DNA of 64,000 nt from Eledone cirrhosa (taxonomy: Eukaryota): NCBI GenBank assembly GCA_964016885.1, contig OZ024753.1, positions 37,448,001-37,512,000 of the forward strand, in the 5' to 3' direction. Below the pieces are notes generated by a model that was not told where the DNA came from, ran no database searches, and worked only from the letters and a program-made list of their open reading frames with translations. Positions within the stretch are counted from its first letter, which is position 1; every line of letters starts with the position of its first letter. A program made the position numbers and the translations under genes. This document shows, one piece after another, positions 42,855 to 57,499 of the stretch.

Positions 42855-42942
42855 TTTATATGTGCATGTATATATATATATATACATGCACATATAAATG
42901 CATATATATATATGTGTGTGTGTGTGTGTGTATATGTATATA

Positions 42943-43021
<79 letters not shown>

Positions 43022-43102
43022 CGTGTGTGTATAATGTGTGTATATATATATATATGTATGTATGTATATGTGTGTGTATATATATATATATATGTATATG
43101 TG

Positions 43103-43149
<47 letters not shown>

Positions 43150-43173
43150 GTACATAATGTGTATGTATGTATG

Positions 43174-43242
<69 letters not shown>

Positions 43243-43709
43243 ATATATATTGACATCAAAGAGATGATCTAAGTGTGTAACCTCAACAGTGAACCGAGTG
43301 TGTAACTGAAACATCTTCCTTAGCACTTTGACTGTGTCGCCTTAGAAACCAAAATATGACACTAGCAACTCTTATTATAATGTAGACCTTTCAAGGACGA
43401 TGAAAGGGGTAAGAGATGGTTGATATACATAGTTAAGTGTCCACTTCTTCTAATCATATTAGATGTTGTCATTTACTGTGAAGCCGCTTACATCTGTGAC
43501 ATTATGACCTGAACAAGTAGCTTTTCCCCTCACCTTATAACAGAAGCCATGTTTTAATGTCAGGATTTGGCTTTTTTTGTTTGTTTGTTGGGTTTTTTTT
43601 TTTTGGGGGGGGGGTAAATTTGTGTACTTATATATAGTACAAAACAATTTGCTTTATGTTATGCATGCATTGTCGTAGGTTTATAAAACAGCTTAAGGCT
43701 TCAGGCTGT

Positions 43710-44012
43710 AAATAAGCAGAGTCGTTAGAATGTCCGATGGAATGCTTTCGTCGGGTAGAATGTTCTCCCGTGGTCAAATTTGCCTTTCATCCTTTCGAGA
43801 TCGATGAAAATATACCAGTACAATACTGGGTAGATTCTTCCCCCATACCTCTCTCTTTCTTTATATATTCTTACTCATGCTCTTTGTGTCTCTTGAAGAA
43901 ATTGACTGTGTTCAGACCTGGAGAGAAATAGTCCCCGCCATGTTGAAAATACCCAGGTAAAATCATAAGTTATTACGGTGACCCCACGACTTCAGGAGGT
44001 TACATGTCCAAA
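43710..44012 (+). mobile_element. Old composite SINE
   Basis: GCAGAGTCGTTAGA head, TTTGCCTTTCATCCTTTCGAGATCGAT central domain, CT linker, TTCAGACCTGGAGAG tail. Confidence 0.55.
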
Positions 44013-44459
44013 TTATAACACAGCTTATAAACAACAGTATTTAACAGTTTAAAAACCATCTAGCAAATCCGAAATTCGAAAGTGTGATTGCTTTTGAGTC
44101 GATAAAATAAAGCATTATTAATACACTGGACTCGATTTAATCGACTTTCCAAGCCCACAAAATTACTGGCCCTTGTTCCTCAACGAGAAGCCATTATTAT
44201 GGTTGATTCAGTTCAGTTTTTACTTAGTACCCTTTCCTAATAATCTTCTCTCTCTATCATTCCAGTCTACTGTAGTTTATCAGTTTCATCTATTCCAATG
44301 TATTGTTTTTATTCTTCCTATTTATTTATTATGTTTATCTTACAGTTTCTGTGTAGGCGGAACACATTAGTCATGTATATATATATATATATATATTTGG
44401 GGGGGGGGGGGGTATTGGAGTTTATTCAGTGTTTTCTGTGTGGTGTGCGAGTCTGTGCT

Positions 44460-44512
<53 letters not shown>

Positions 44513-44744
44513 GTGTGTGTGCATGTGTATCTGAGTGTATGTTTGTGTCTTTGTGTAGGTGTGTATGACTGTGTAGCGATGCGTGAGGTGTTTTCCGTAC
44601 AGTGTAAAATGTCCGTGTATTTATGTGTCATACGAGTTGTTTGTGTATTTATACGCTATGTCAGTCGTCCAATGACAGACGTTTCAGGAGTCGTATTTGT
44701 TTTGATGTGTCAGAACGTGTGTGTCTAAAGTCTGTCTCAAGCCA

Positions 44745-45132
44745 CGATGCTCATCAAAGCTGGTGCATACTCCGGTTTTCGTGGCATGAAGCGACTGAGA
44801 GTAAAAGATTCCCCACTGGACAGGACGCCAGTCCATCGCAGACTTAAACTTCCAGCTATTGCTGGTACTCATTTTCAGCTGAGTATACTGCAGTAACGTG
44901 AAATGAGGTGTTTTTTGTTAAAGAACACAACACACAATCCAGTCCAGGAATCGAACCCAAGAGATTATGATCGTAAGTCCAACATCCTTGTGTTGTTGCT
45001 GTTGTTGTTATTGTGCTCATCAAATCCTGCCGAGGTTAACTTTGCTTTTCATCCTTACGGGGTCGATAAAATAAAGTACCAGTAATGAACTGAGATCATT
45101 TCTAGCCTTAGTGCCAGACGTAGAAAACAATT
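44745..45132. mobile_element. CORE-like SINE (minus, ~44745-44988) followed by young-SINE 3' part (plus, 45011-45132)
   Basis: GGAATCGAACCC reverse B box and GCTGGTACTCATTTT; then the CAAATCCTGCCGAGGTTAAC... segment. Confidence 0.6.
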
Positions 45133-45208
45133 ATATCAGAAAACTCACTTTTATGCAGCTGGGCTTCACCGACTTTTTCATCGAATATATATATATATGT
45201 ATGTGTAT

Positions 45209-45310
<102 letters not shown>

Positions 45311-45368
45311 TATTTATTTATATATATATATTTATTTATATATATATATATATTTATTTATATATATT

Positions 45369-45401
<33 letters not shown>

Positions 45402-45402
45402 T

Positions 45403-45435
<33 letters not shown>

Positions 45436-45520
45436 TATATATATATATATATATTTATTCATATATATATTTATATATATATATATATATTTTATATATA
45501 TATTTATATATATATATATT

Positions 45521-45553
<33 letters not shown>

Positions 45554-45566
45554 ATTTATATATATA

Positions 45567-45620
<54 letters not shown>

Positions 45621-45649
45621 AATATATATATAAATATATATATATATTA

Positions 45650-45776
<127 letters not shown>

Positions 45777-45817
45777 TATATATATATATTATTATATATA
45801 TATATATTTATATATAT

Positions 45818-45871
<54 letters not shown>

Positions 45872-45968
45872 TTATTTATTTATATATATATAATCCAGGG
45901 GGTGTAACTTGGAGTTACTGCAGGTTCACCCGGGAGAGCACTCGATGTTTAGGTTCACTTCTGTGATG

Positions 45969-46033
<65 letters not shown>

Positions 46034-46113
46034 ATGTATACATGTGTATATGTGTATATATTTATGCACACACATATGTATGTGTATAAATATGTATATA
46101 TATTATATATATA

Positions 46114-46164
<51 letters not shown>

Positions 46165-47016
46165 TTTCACACGCACATATAAGTGACGGTGTGTATATGC
46201 ATATACGTATGCATATGTGTTTCGTGGGTTGCTCGTGTGGCAGTTTGTATACCCTCCTTCCATCGGTTTTGTTCCTTCTAGAAAATGTCGATGTACAATA
46301 TCAGAGTGGCCTCTCTTTTCAACACAGCAAGATGGACATCGGAGATTATATAAACAAAATTTGCTTTTCAATTTTCTGTAATTTCACTTTATTTTGCTCC
46401 CTTTTCACACCATTTCACGTCGTAAGTGACACATAGGAAAGAAAACACAAAACACAGACTCAAACACACACACACAATTGTGTAGAAATATATTTATATA
46501 CATATGAAAACATACATATAGACACAGTAGGCAATCACGCTTACATAAATGTATATACACATGGAGACACACACATACACATACATACATACATATACAC
46601 GTTCACACTGACACAAACATATCTACATATAAAGAAAACAAGAGAACACAGACTCATACATACACACACAGTTGTGTGTGAATAAATTCCTACACATGAA
46701 AATACACATACACATACAATCATACTTACACAAATATATCCACACACGAAGACACACACACACATGAACTCGCTTAGTCAAACATATCTATACATATACA
46801 CATACAAATACAAATACAGTCATGCTTACACATACATATTCCCATACGAAGACATACATAAACATGCATATATATATAAGACAAAAATAAACTCTTTTAG
46901 AAAAATACGCAACACACAATCTGTGATTGCTAGAAACTCTTCAGGACTGACACTACATTAGGTCCCGGGTTCAATCCCACTGCGTGACTTCTTGGGAAAT
47001 TGTCATTTATTATAAA

Positions 47017-47868
47017 AAATCTGTCCTGGAAGTAAAATTTATTTGGGGACAATTTCACGACAGTCGAAAAAAGGGATAATCATCGTTTTCACCCTGAATC
47101 AGCCCATACGTGCTTTCTTCGGACGAGGAGAACTTTTCCTGTACCACATCTCACTTTCACGTTTTGTCTCTGGATCGTACTCTAACACTCTTGATTCGCC
47201 TCCTGCTATTACTTTAACCAAGAAATTTGGCTCAATCTTTAGTCTTTCTAGCAAATCCTGACAAATTTCCAGCCGGTTCGCTTTTTGTCCCACAGACAAG
47301 TGCTTCGGTACTATTTTTGCAAAAATTTTTCGCATGTGCAAATGGTCTGTTATAATTATGTGAACTGCACTTTTATCCAAGCCTGTTTCTTTTGCAATCA
47401 TCCTAACACTTAATCGCTGATCTTTTACCGATACCGCTCGCACCATTTCCACAGCTTGTTCATTTGTTGATAGGGATTGGCTTTCCAGAACGAGATTCCT
47501 CTTCATCATTACCTCGGCCCTTTTTGAAAGCTTTTTGCCACTTACAAATCTTACTTCTCGATAGAATGACATCTCCATAAGCTTGTGTTAAAGAATTAAA
47601 TGTTTTGGTGGCAGATTTGTTGAGTTTCACGCGAAAATTAATGACATACTATTGTTCAATATTTTCCTACATCGTAAACGTAACAGAGGTTATAAACACG
47701 TCTGTAGATAAACAGCAACAACTTACGACTGACTCAATCTATCATGTTAAAACAAGTCTGTGCGTACAGCGAAGGTCATAACCAATACGCCTATACACAT
47801 TGACTATGTGCTGTGTTACCATGTCGTACATATGAAAATCAGTCCCCTTACTTTTGAGACAGCTCGTA
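47017..47868 (-). pseudogene. Degenerate mariner transposon (5' TIR plus frameshifted transposase N-terminal two-thirds)
   Basis: TA-CGAGCTGTCTCAAAAGTAAGGGGACT TIR-like end. Minus translation KLNKSATKTFNSLTQAYGD..KW.KAFKKGR..RSGKP, then DQRLSVRMIAKETGL..RKIFAKIVPKHL..IAGGESRVLEYDPETKRES..W..SPRPKKAR (WVP(H/K)xL and TGDE(T/S)W..YDPE motifs degenerate). Confidence 0.9.
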
Positions 47869-48075
47869 TATATATATATATGACTTGTGACACGACTTTA
47901 TGCCGTTTATTTATACCCTTAGGTGGCAATAAATATATATATCAGTTCAGCAGATTCTCACAGACGTATGGTTGTCTCATTGGAATCAAAGTTAGCCATG
48001 TGGAATCAGTGGTACCTTCATACATGGAAATATTTTATTATTTCTGCTGAATAAGCAAATATAGTCATTCTTTTA

Positions 48076-48139
<64 letters not shown>

Positions 48140-48183
48140 CATACACACACACTCACACACATATATATATATATGTGTGTGTG

Positions 48184-48266
<83 letters not shown>

Positions 48267-48402
48267 GACATACATGCATACGAGTGTATGTGCATCTAGA
48301 TAGATAGATATAAATATATAAATATATACATATATATATATATATATATGTGTTTATATAAATGTATGTGTACGTATTTATATATATATGTGTGTGTGTA
48401 TA

Positions 48403-48507
<105 letters not shown>

Positions 48508-48865
48508 GAATCAGAGCGGCGTATAGAATGCTTTGCGACATTCGTTCCCGCTCTTTGAGCTCCGAGTTCAAATCCTGTCGAGGTCAATATATATACATAT
48601 ATACATAGATATATGTGTGTACTCGATTCCTGGACTGGGAGATGCATTATGTCGTTGAGCAAGACATTTTATTTCATGTCGCTCCTTCTGCCAGAAGTTG
48701 CTACAAGTAGATAGCATCAGCAATGGAAAAACCAATGGAAACATTGTTTCATTTGTCTGATTTGACGAGTTCCACCCGACTCAGTAAGCAAATGAGGTCT
48801 GGGTTCTCACTGATCGATTCATTTTTGTATATTTTTATAATATGTTATGCCACCACCACAATGTT

Positions 48866-48913
<48 letters not shown>

Positions 48914-49268
48914 TTTCGTTTAACGTCTAACTTCCACGCTAGCATTGGTTAGACGGGAGTTGTCCCACTTGAGGCAAGGTTGGTCGGGTGACCGTGTCTC
49001 GCTCATATAGGACTATCTGGCAGGTTTTCTACAGCTGGATGCTCTTCCTAACACCAACCACATTTACAGTGTGGACTGGGAACTTTTAACTGTGTTACCT
49101 ACACGGCCACATTACAGCGTGGACTGTGTGTTTTTGTTTTGTTTTGTTTTTTTGTCGTGACACCTACACAATCTCGATCTCGGTTTCATTATCTTATTTA
49201 TTTGGACTTAATGTTAATAATTCAACAATTTATAATTTAGTAAATTCTACCAAATCCTTCATTAATTA

Positions 49269-49535
49269 CACTGGTCAACAAAATTTTGCTTTTATTATTC
49301 TAACCTAAGTTTGAGACCAGTTCTTGAGTAATAATCTGCCACCAAATACGTTAAGGCAAAATTTTGTTGACCAGTGATATCCGTGTTTCCTGTCTTTATA
49401 GGATAGCCGAGGGAAAGACAAACATGACAACCTGATGTGTTAGGGGAAAATGGATGCCATATTTGAAATCAGCTCCTCAAAATTTGCTAAAAACAAAAAC
49501 GAAACCTAAGTCAGCAAAAAGTGCGTTGACCAGTG
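49269..49535. mobile_element. MITE with TIR CACTGGTCAAC(AAAATTTTGC) and a second right end
   Basis: 21-bp perfect IR at 49269 and 49356-49376; additional GTTGACCAGTG at 49525-49535. Confidence 0.65.
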
Positions 49536-49768
49536 TTATTTAATACAGAATGTATTTCACTAGAAATATCGTCATAAAAGGGTTAAATGTATGATTGATA
49601 TTTGTTTTATTTTATATGATTCTTTGTTTTAACAAGTTAGGTTATATGCAATAGCTGTCTACATATTGTCGTCTGCCAACACCTGTCAGTCATCCAATGG
49701 TCGTTCACCTCTTTATGACAATAAATCTGAAAGCGTCTCAAAATAAGATGCAACAAGTCATAACTAAT

Positions 49769-49855
<87 letters not shown>

Positions 49856-50173
49856 TTGGTATATATATGTGTGTACAAAGTGTACAAAGGATCTCAACGA
49901 AGTGTACATGTAGGTCTGTGTATTCTGGAGTATTGGTATGACAATGAAATAGGAGACAGTAGGTTAAAATGTACCTCACTATAATGATTACATGATTGCT
50001 GTGATACATATTTCGGTGGTAAGTATTTGTTATGTAACGATTAAGACTTTATCAGACAGAATGGAAACTGCATGAGTAATTTCTATTCATTTTATTTCTA
50101 TTCATGTATTAGCTACCTGATGAGGTCGTAACTGTTTCATAACAGTGTCTCTCACAAACACACACACACACAC

Positions 50174-50211
<38 letters not shown>

Positions 50212-50713
50212 GTGTGTGTGTCTGTCTGTCTGTGTATGTGTGTATGCCATATATATATATATATATATACATACATACATGTGTGTGTGTGCGTATGTGT
50301 CTGTGTGTCTGTGCCTGTATATATATATGGCATATCACTTGACGTTTGGAAACAATATTTGTAATGTATCTATGCACCATTAACATTTGCAGAAAAAACT
50401 CAGAATGCAGCATGTAATTTGAGAAAAATGTTGAAAACCATATCAATCCTCACTGTTTCTTACAGCCCACAAGTTGTTATAATTGAAAATAGTTGTCTGG
50501 TGCAATGTAGCACTTTCTTCGATAGCATTCTACTTTTTGTACATGGTTGCAGTGGCTGTTGTTCGAAACTTGATATAGATTCGCTTTTGCAAATGTATCC
50601 ACTCCGTTTAAATCGTTAAGGCTTGTTTGTAAATGGTGTATTTTTCTTATATAATGAAATATTTTAAAACATTTTCGACAACATAAGTAATAAAGATAAC
50701 CTTGAGACAAGCA

Positions 50714-50895
50714 ACGAGAGTAGAGTGAAAAGTTCATAGGCTGACTGGGAAGAAGTGATGCTAGAGCTGTGAAATTTTGCATGCATTAATTTCATCTCTT
50801 CTTATTAATAACTACTTCAATTTCTTTCCAGGGACAAAGTTGAAAAATAAACCTCATTTGGTCATTCCATGAGAGTCTCTTGGTCAGCCTATGAA
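50714..50895. mobile_element. Mariner-type MITE remnant
   Basis: ACGAG..GAAAAGTTCATAGGCTGAC ... GTCAGCCTATGAA inverted termini. Confidence 0.55.
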
Positions 50896-51274
50896 GGAGT
50901 GATGCCGAGAATCGAACTCACAACAATGAGATCGCGGGTTGAATACCCTGGACACTAAGCTACGTACCTTCACTTGATTTATTTATGTGCTATTGGTATC
51001 TATATGGACATGTAGTCTATATTACGTACTTACAACAGAATTAGAACTTGAGAGAAGTAGGTTCTCATCAAAATTGAGGCCCCTCCAAGCCTACTGGGAC
51101 ATATGTCTCTCCTTTCATCTGCCTAAATAACGTGTGATTTATTGCTGGTATGTACATGTTCATTTTAGGGGACATTATATGTTTTACAAGTAACAGCACT
51201 GAATAAAAGAAGTAGAACTTGAATAGGTCACATGAAAATAATGCTTCCATTCCAACTGTGACACCTGCTCCCCT

Positions 51275-52705
51275 ACTACCATCACCACCACACCATTACC
51301 ACCAACAACAACACTACCAACAACAACAACAATACTAACACCACCACTACCACCAATGCCATCAACACCACCAACACTATCAACAAGACCTACAATACCA
51401 CCCACACCAATAGTACCAACACAACCACTAACACACCACCACATCACCACACCACCACCACCAACACAACCACCAATACCACCAACAACAACACACCACC
51501 AACACAGTCACCACCACCACACCACCAACACAACCACCAATACCACCAACAACAACACACCACCAACACAGGCACCACCACCACACCACCAACACAACCA
51601 CCAATACCACCAACAACAACAACACCACCAACACAGCCACCACCACCACACCACCAACACAACCACCAATACCAACACATCAAACCACACCATCAACACA
51701 ACCAATACCACATCCACTACCACCAACACAACCAACACCAACACACCACACCACCAATAGCACCAACAACAACACCACCACCAACAACAACACCACCAAC
51801 ACAACCACCAATACCAACACATAAAACCACACCATCAACACAACCAATACCACATCCACTACCACCAACACAACCAACACCAACACACCACACCACCAAT
51901 ACCACCACCAACAACACCACCACCACACCACCAACACAACCACCAATACCAACACATCAAACCACACCATCAACACAACCAATACCACATCCACTACCAC
52001 CAACACAACCAACACCAACACACCACACCACCAATACCACCACCAACAACACCACCACCACACCACCAACACAACCACCAATACCAACACATCAAACCAC
52101 ACCATCAACACAACCAATACCACATCCACTACCACCAACACAACCAACACCAACACACCACACCACCAATACCACCACCAACAACACCACCACCACACCA
52201 CCAACACAACCACCAATACCAACACATCAAACCACACCATCAACACAACCAATACCACATCCACTACCACCAACACAACCAACACCAACACACCACACCA
52301 CCAATACCACCACCAACAATACCACTACCAACAACACCACCACCACACCACTAACACAACCACCAATACCAACACATCAAACCACACCGTCAACACAACC
52401 AATACCACAACCACTACCACCAACACAACCAACACCAACACACCACACCACCAATACCACCACCAACAACACCACCACCAAAATCACTACCAACAACACC
52501 GCCACCTCTACCATCAATACCACCACCAACAACACCACCACCACCACCAACACACCACCAACACCATCAACAAGACCACCAACACCACCAACACCAAAAG
52601 TACCAATACCACCACCAAAATCACTACCAACAACACCGCCACCTCTACCACCAATACCACCACCAACAACACCACCACCACCAACACACCACCACCACCA
52701 TCAAA
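51275..52705. repeat. ACC/AAC-rich satellite with a 135-bp higher-order unit
   Basis: CATCCACT marker at 51853, 51988, 52123 and 52258; almost no G on the plus strand. Confidence 0.9.
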
Positions 52706-53078
52706 TCTCATCTAGTCTATTCATGCGTACGATTGTTCTTGATTTTTATTTCTTATCATTAAGTCTACGAGAAATGAGTGAATGTCTCAAGTTCTCATAT
52801 CACGGCCATAAATCATATCAGGATGACTTTGAATCCTTTTGAAAATGAAAGACATCATTGTAGTGGAGAAGTTTAGAAAATATTGCAATGAAGATAAAGT
52901 TATACATGAAATATAGAAAGCGGTATTTCGATGTTCCAATTACAGGGACTGGGAAAATTACACCCAAAAACAGAGACACATAACATCAACCTTATCAAAG
53001 TGAAATATGGTTGTGTGTTTAACGGAACTTCAGCCAAGAATACCTATAACCCCCACACACACATATATACATACACAC

Positions 53079-53490
53079 ATGGTGGCTGCCAACTCGTTTT
53101 CGAGTACGGCCACTACTTTATATCCATGTAGGAGAACCCCTACCGAAGCGCTGAACGAGTGTGACTTTTTAGTCCAGCCAGCGACTTGAAAACTCTGGTA
53201 CAAACACTACACTTGTGACAATTATTGACACATAGTGCTGGGCCCATGGTACCATGTGACGGCAAGTGCAGAGAGATCTCCAGATATAAAGCAATGCCTG
53301 TGCCGTGAAGCTTTTATAGTGAGCAAAGGCACTGCACAAAGCCAGTCCCACTCTCTTAACCAAGATGATATTTACCAAAAAGAAGAACAAGTCAACATCA
53401 TTGGATACCATCAGGGTTGCAGGTGTTATATCAGAGTTTTCCTTCTCCTAGAATTCTGCCTTGACAAAGGCTAAGGGGTCATCTCTCCCA
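53079..53490 (-). mobile_element. ~410-bp non-autonomous RTE-related element
   Basis: Minus strand starts GACCCCTTAGCCTTTGTCAAGGCAGAATTCTAGGAGAAGGAAAACTCTGAT (RTE 5'-UTR-like motif) and ends GGCAGCCACCATG plus microsatellite. Confidence 0.7.
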
Positions 53491-53709
53491 TACACACATA
53501 CATACACACATACATACACACTCACACACATGCACATACACACAACATACACCACACACACACACAGGACACTCCATACACAGGCATACGAATGCAGTCA
53601 CTGACACATCTCTCCACATATATATGTGTGCGTGTGTGAATCAGTGTAGCGCATTAATCTCTCTCAGTTCTCTACTTTTCTCACTCCAGCACTCGCTATA
53701 TCTGTATAC

Positions 53710-53817
<108 letters not shown>

Positions 53818-53884
53818 GCACACACACACACACAATCGGGGGTAACCACAGGAAGTAAGGTACTCAATACATATATATATATCA

Positions 53885-54024
53885 AGATGTATACAGAAAG
53901 AAACTGATTAGACCAATACTTATCAGAGTACTCGATACTTGGGGTAGTGGATTATGGTTATATGAAAAAGTTGGTTGTGGCACCGACGGCTGAGCTTTTG
54001 CCATTTCAACAGCTAGCTCCAGTA

Positions 54025-54063
<39 letters not shown>

Positions 54064-54297
54064 AACAAGTAAGACCCCGACGGCTGAGCTCAAGCCGTTT
54101 CGACGGCTAATTCTGTACTCCAGAGTACAGAATTAGCCGTCGAAACGGCTTGAGCTCAGCCGTCGGGGTCTTACTTGTTCCTATTACCCACTCTACTACC
54201 CTAAGTATTGAGTACTTTGGTGCGTTATGGTCCACCTGGTTCCTTACCACATTTCCTTCGTTATATATATATATACTACTGGAGCTAGCTGTTGAAA
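53885..54297. mobile_element. Older family A-related fold-back with a young family A copy (54061-54262) nested in its central (TA)n
   Basis: TTTCAACAGCTAGCTCCAGTAGTA (54004-54027) is complementary to TACTACTGGAGCTAGCTGTTGAAA (54274-54297). Confidence 0.65.
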
Positions 54298-54302
54298 TTA
54301 TA

Positions 54303-54337
<35 letters not shown>

Positions 54338-54514
54338 GGGGGGGGGGTATGTATGTATATGTATATATATATATATATAATAAGTTGATGGAACTTAGCA
54401 TAGGTATCGCTGGTAGGACCGATTGCATTTCAGTGTACTCAATAGAGGTAATGTTAAATAAACTCCCAGAGTATACACATAGTTATTCGCTTCAATACAA
54501 CACACATAAACGGT

Positions 54515-54548
<34 letters not shown>

Positions 54549-54552
<4 letters not shown>

Positions 54553-54980
54553 TTGTTATACTTTGGGAGGGTCATGTTGCCAATAAGAAACACACGCACC
54601 AGTTGCTTTCACTTCAATTTAATTTATTAAATATTTATAAATTTACAAATTTATAAATTTCTGGTTGGTTGGTTGGTTCCACAACCAGATAGTTGTTTAT
54701 ATATATATAGTCATAGTTCTTTCGTCACCGAAGAGGTCACAGAGTGTGTGACGAAAGAACTATGACTATATATATATAAACAACTATCTGGTTGTGGAAC
54801 CAACCAACCAACCAGAAATTTATAAATTTGTAAATTTATAAATATTTAATAAATTAAATTGAAGTGAAAGCAACTGGTGCGTGTGTTTCTTATTGGCAAC
54901 ATGACCCTCCCAAAGTATAACAATATCGGTTTCAACACACGATTTCAGATAAAGAATCTTGCTAAACAAATTCAGAAACG

Positions 54981-54985
<5 letters not shown>
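54549..54985 (+). mobile_element. Fold-back PLE terminal element, family C (perfect ~180-bp arms plus ~59-bp tail)
   Basis: 54549-54728 is the reverse complement of 54748-54926; the junction lies in the hammerhead. Confidence 0.88.
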
Positions 54986-55016
<31 letters not shown>

Positions 55017-55171
55017 AGAAGAAGTTTATGAAACGGAAATGCGGGTATAAAGAATTTATTAGGTAACAATTGTTTCTATAGTGTATGGGTTACCTATACC
55101 TCGCTATTTGAATAATATAAAAATATTATCATAAACCGAAGGTACACTGCAACATTGGAATACAAATTTAC

Positions 55172-55202
<31 letters not shown>

Positions 55203-55206
<4 letters not shown>

Positions 55207-55455
55207 CGTTTCTGAATTTGTTTAGCAAGATTCTTTATCTGAAAACGTGTGTTGAAACCGATATTGAAGAGGTCACAGAATGTGTCACGAAAGAGCTTTG
55301 ACAATATATGAACAACCGTGCGTTTATGGAACCAACCAACCAACCGGAAATTTATAAATTCTTAAATTTATAAATTTAATTTATAATAAATTGGAGTGAA
55401 AATCAACTGGTGCGTGTGTTTCTTATTGGCAACATGACCCTCCCAAAGCATAACA

Positions 55456-55458
<3 letters not shown>
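55203..55458. mobile_element. Family C element (inverted tail joined at the hammerhead core)
   Basis: Reverse tail ...AAACCGATATT joined to GAAGAGGTCACAGAATGTGTCACGAAAG...CCCAAAGCATAACAAT. Confidence 0.8.
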
Positions 55459-55508
<50 letters not shown>

Positions 55509-55509
<1 letters not shown>

Positions 55510-55868
55510 GGATTAACAAATAATAGTTAAATGCAGTCCACTTAGGTGAAGTCCAGTTATGGTATTCCAGGTAGTGAATGATATTAACGCTTGGCTTGGT
55601 TTGACTCAACAAGGCGTTTTCATAGTGATGCTGCGAGTATGCTGTAATTCCTATGTTGTAAACACTTGGAGTAATAATAAATCAGGAAAGAAGGTTTACT
55701 ATACAAAAAAGTTTTTAATCACATAGCTTACATTTGTTTCACTGAACTAGAGATCGCTATCCGCGTAGGCGGATAGCGATCTCTAGACACACCAGTTCAG
55801 TGAAACAAATGTAAGCTATGTGATTAAAAACTTTTTTGTATAGCAAACCATGTAAACCTTCTTTCCTG

Positions 55869-55873
<5 letters not shown>
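55509..55873. mobile_element. Fold-back element, family H
   Basis: Arms 55677-55748 and 55794-55873, with central perfect hairpin TAGAGATCGCTATCCGC-GTAG-GCGGATAGCGATCTCTA. Confidence 0.7.
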
Positions 55874-55904
<31 letters not shown>

Positions 55905-56035
55905 GTTATTCCGGGTTGAATCGGAGGTAACCACAGTAAGGTACTCAATACATAGCAGAGTATAAAAGTTTTAATATAGATGAGATTCTACAGGACTAAA
56001 GAATGAAACAGTTCTAGTCCTGTAGAATCTCATCT
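55905..56035. mobile_element. Fold-back family D element
   Basis: AGATGAGATTCTACAGGACTA / TAGTCCTGTAGAATCTCATCT around GAATGAAACAGTTC. Confidence 0.75.
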
Positions 56036-56108
56036 CTCTCTCTATATATATATATTTATATATATATATACTAGAGTGTATGCTCGCATTTGTCTATATG
56101 TGTGCATC

Positions 56109-56154
<46 letters not shown>

Positions 56155-57367
56155 GAAACACACAGATACATGCGGACACACACATATATACATGAATGCA
56201 TCCGCACCCAACTGTGAGTTAAGGGTGCCAACTTCACCGATGTTGCTCAATGAATGACTGGGACAGACCAATTCAGTTGAACTAGACTGAACCAGTATCA
56301 GAGTTAAAAATACATTATGAAGAGAGAAGAAACATTTAGATATAATTAGTAATAAAATGTATCATACGTAAACTGCTCCTAAATTCCTCGACTACGTAGT
56401 TTCGTGGCATAAACAAAAACAATATATCATAAAGATATAGAGTCCTTGCGAGGTCTGCCGACTTATCAAGAGGATACCTCATTTTACTAGTCTCAAGAAC
56501 GCGTCTACACGACATATATATATATATATATATATATACATACATACGTACACACCCACGATGTGTATTAGTAAAAATGTTATCAACAAGGAGGGGATGA
56601 GAAGCTCAGACACCACACGAAATTGTAATTCAGTCTAACAGGAATGGTTGGCCATTAAGTACATCGAAGCAGTGTTATTATTATTCCTGCCCTTCATTTT
56701 GTGTTTTCCTCTTTTTACTTTATCTTACTAATTTTCTAAATGGACGCCATATTGGAGTGGAATCGCTTCACTAGATTGTTGGTGGTTTCTGGGTTTTGAT
56801 GTAAGAGGTTGTTTTGCTTTTGCTTTGTTTGATGGGTTTTTTCATATATATTCTCCTTAAGTTATCCATCATTGATAAAGACTGGACAATGAAGCACGTA
56901 TACAGGGGACTTTATCGTTCGTTCTGGGAAGAAATTTAGAGGAATTTGAAGTGGAAGAGAAACAAAATCGTGTGAGGGAGGACGAAAATAATAAGATTTT
57001 TGTAGTTTGTATTTTGTATTTTAACAAGTAAATCTAGTAAATAGCAAACTATACATTTATTATGTGAATAAATAGAGATATTTTAGGTGTATGTTATTTT
57101 ATCTCAAATGGCCGACTACATTTGTCGAGATATCTATAAAACACACTGTAACGCGTAACAGAACCAAACATGGACACACACACTCAAATATACATGAGAA
57201 TTTACACATACATGTTAGGGGGTATTTATATACAGACACAGAGAGAGAGAGAGAGAGGGAGAGAGAGAGAACATTGAGGGAGTGAACACATACATACATA
57301 CATATACAAACATTCATATATACATGAAATGTATATCTGCATGTATGCACATCTCTATGTATGTGCC

Positions 57368-57499
<132 letters not shown>

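Noticed and set aside
53235-53474. 79-80 aa ORFs repeated at 53169-53474 and 57636-57941
   Set aside because: They lie within a dispersed repeat, are open on both strands, and show no recognisable domain.
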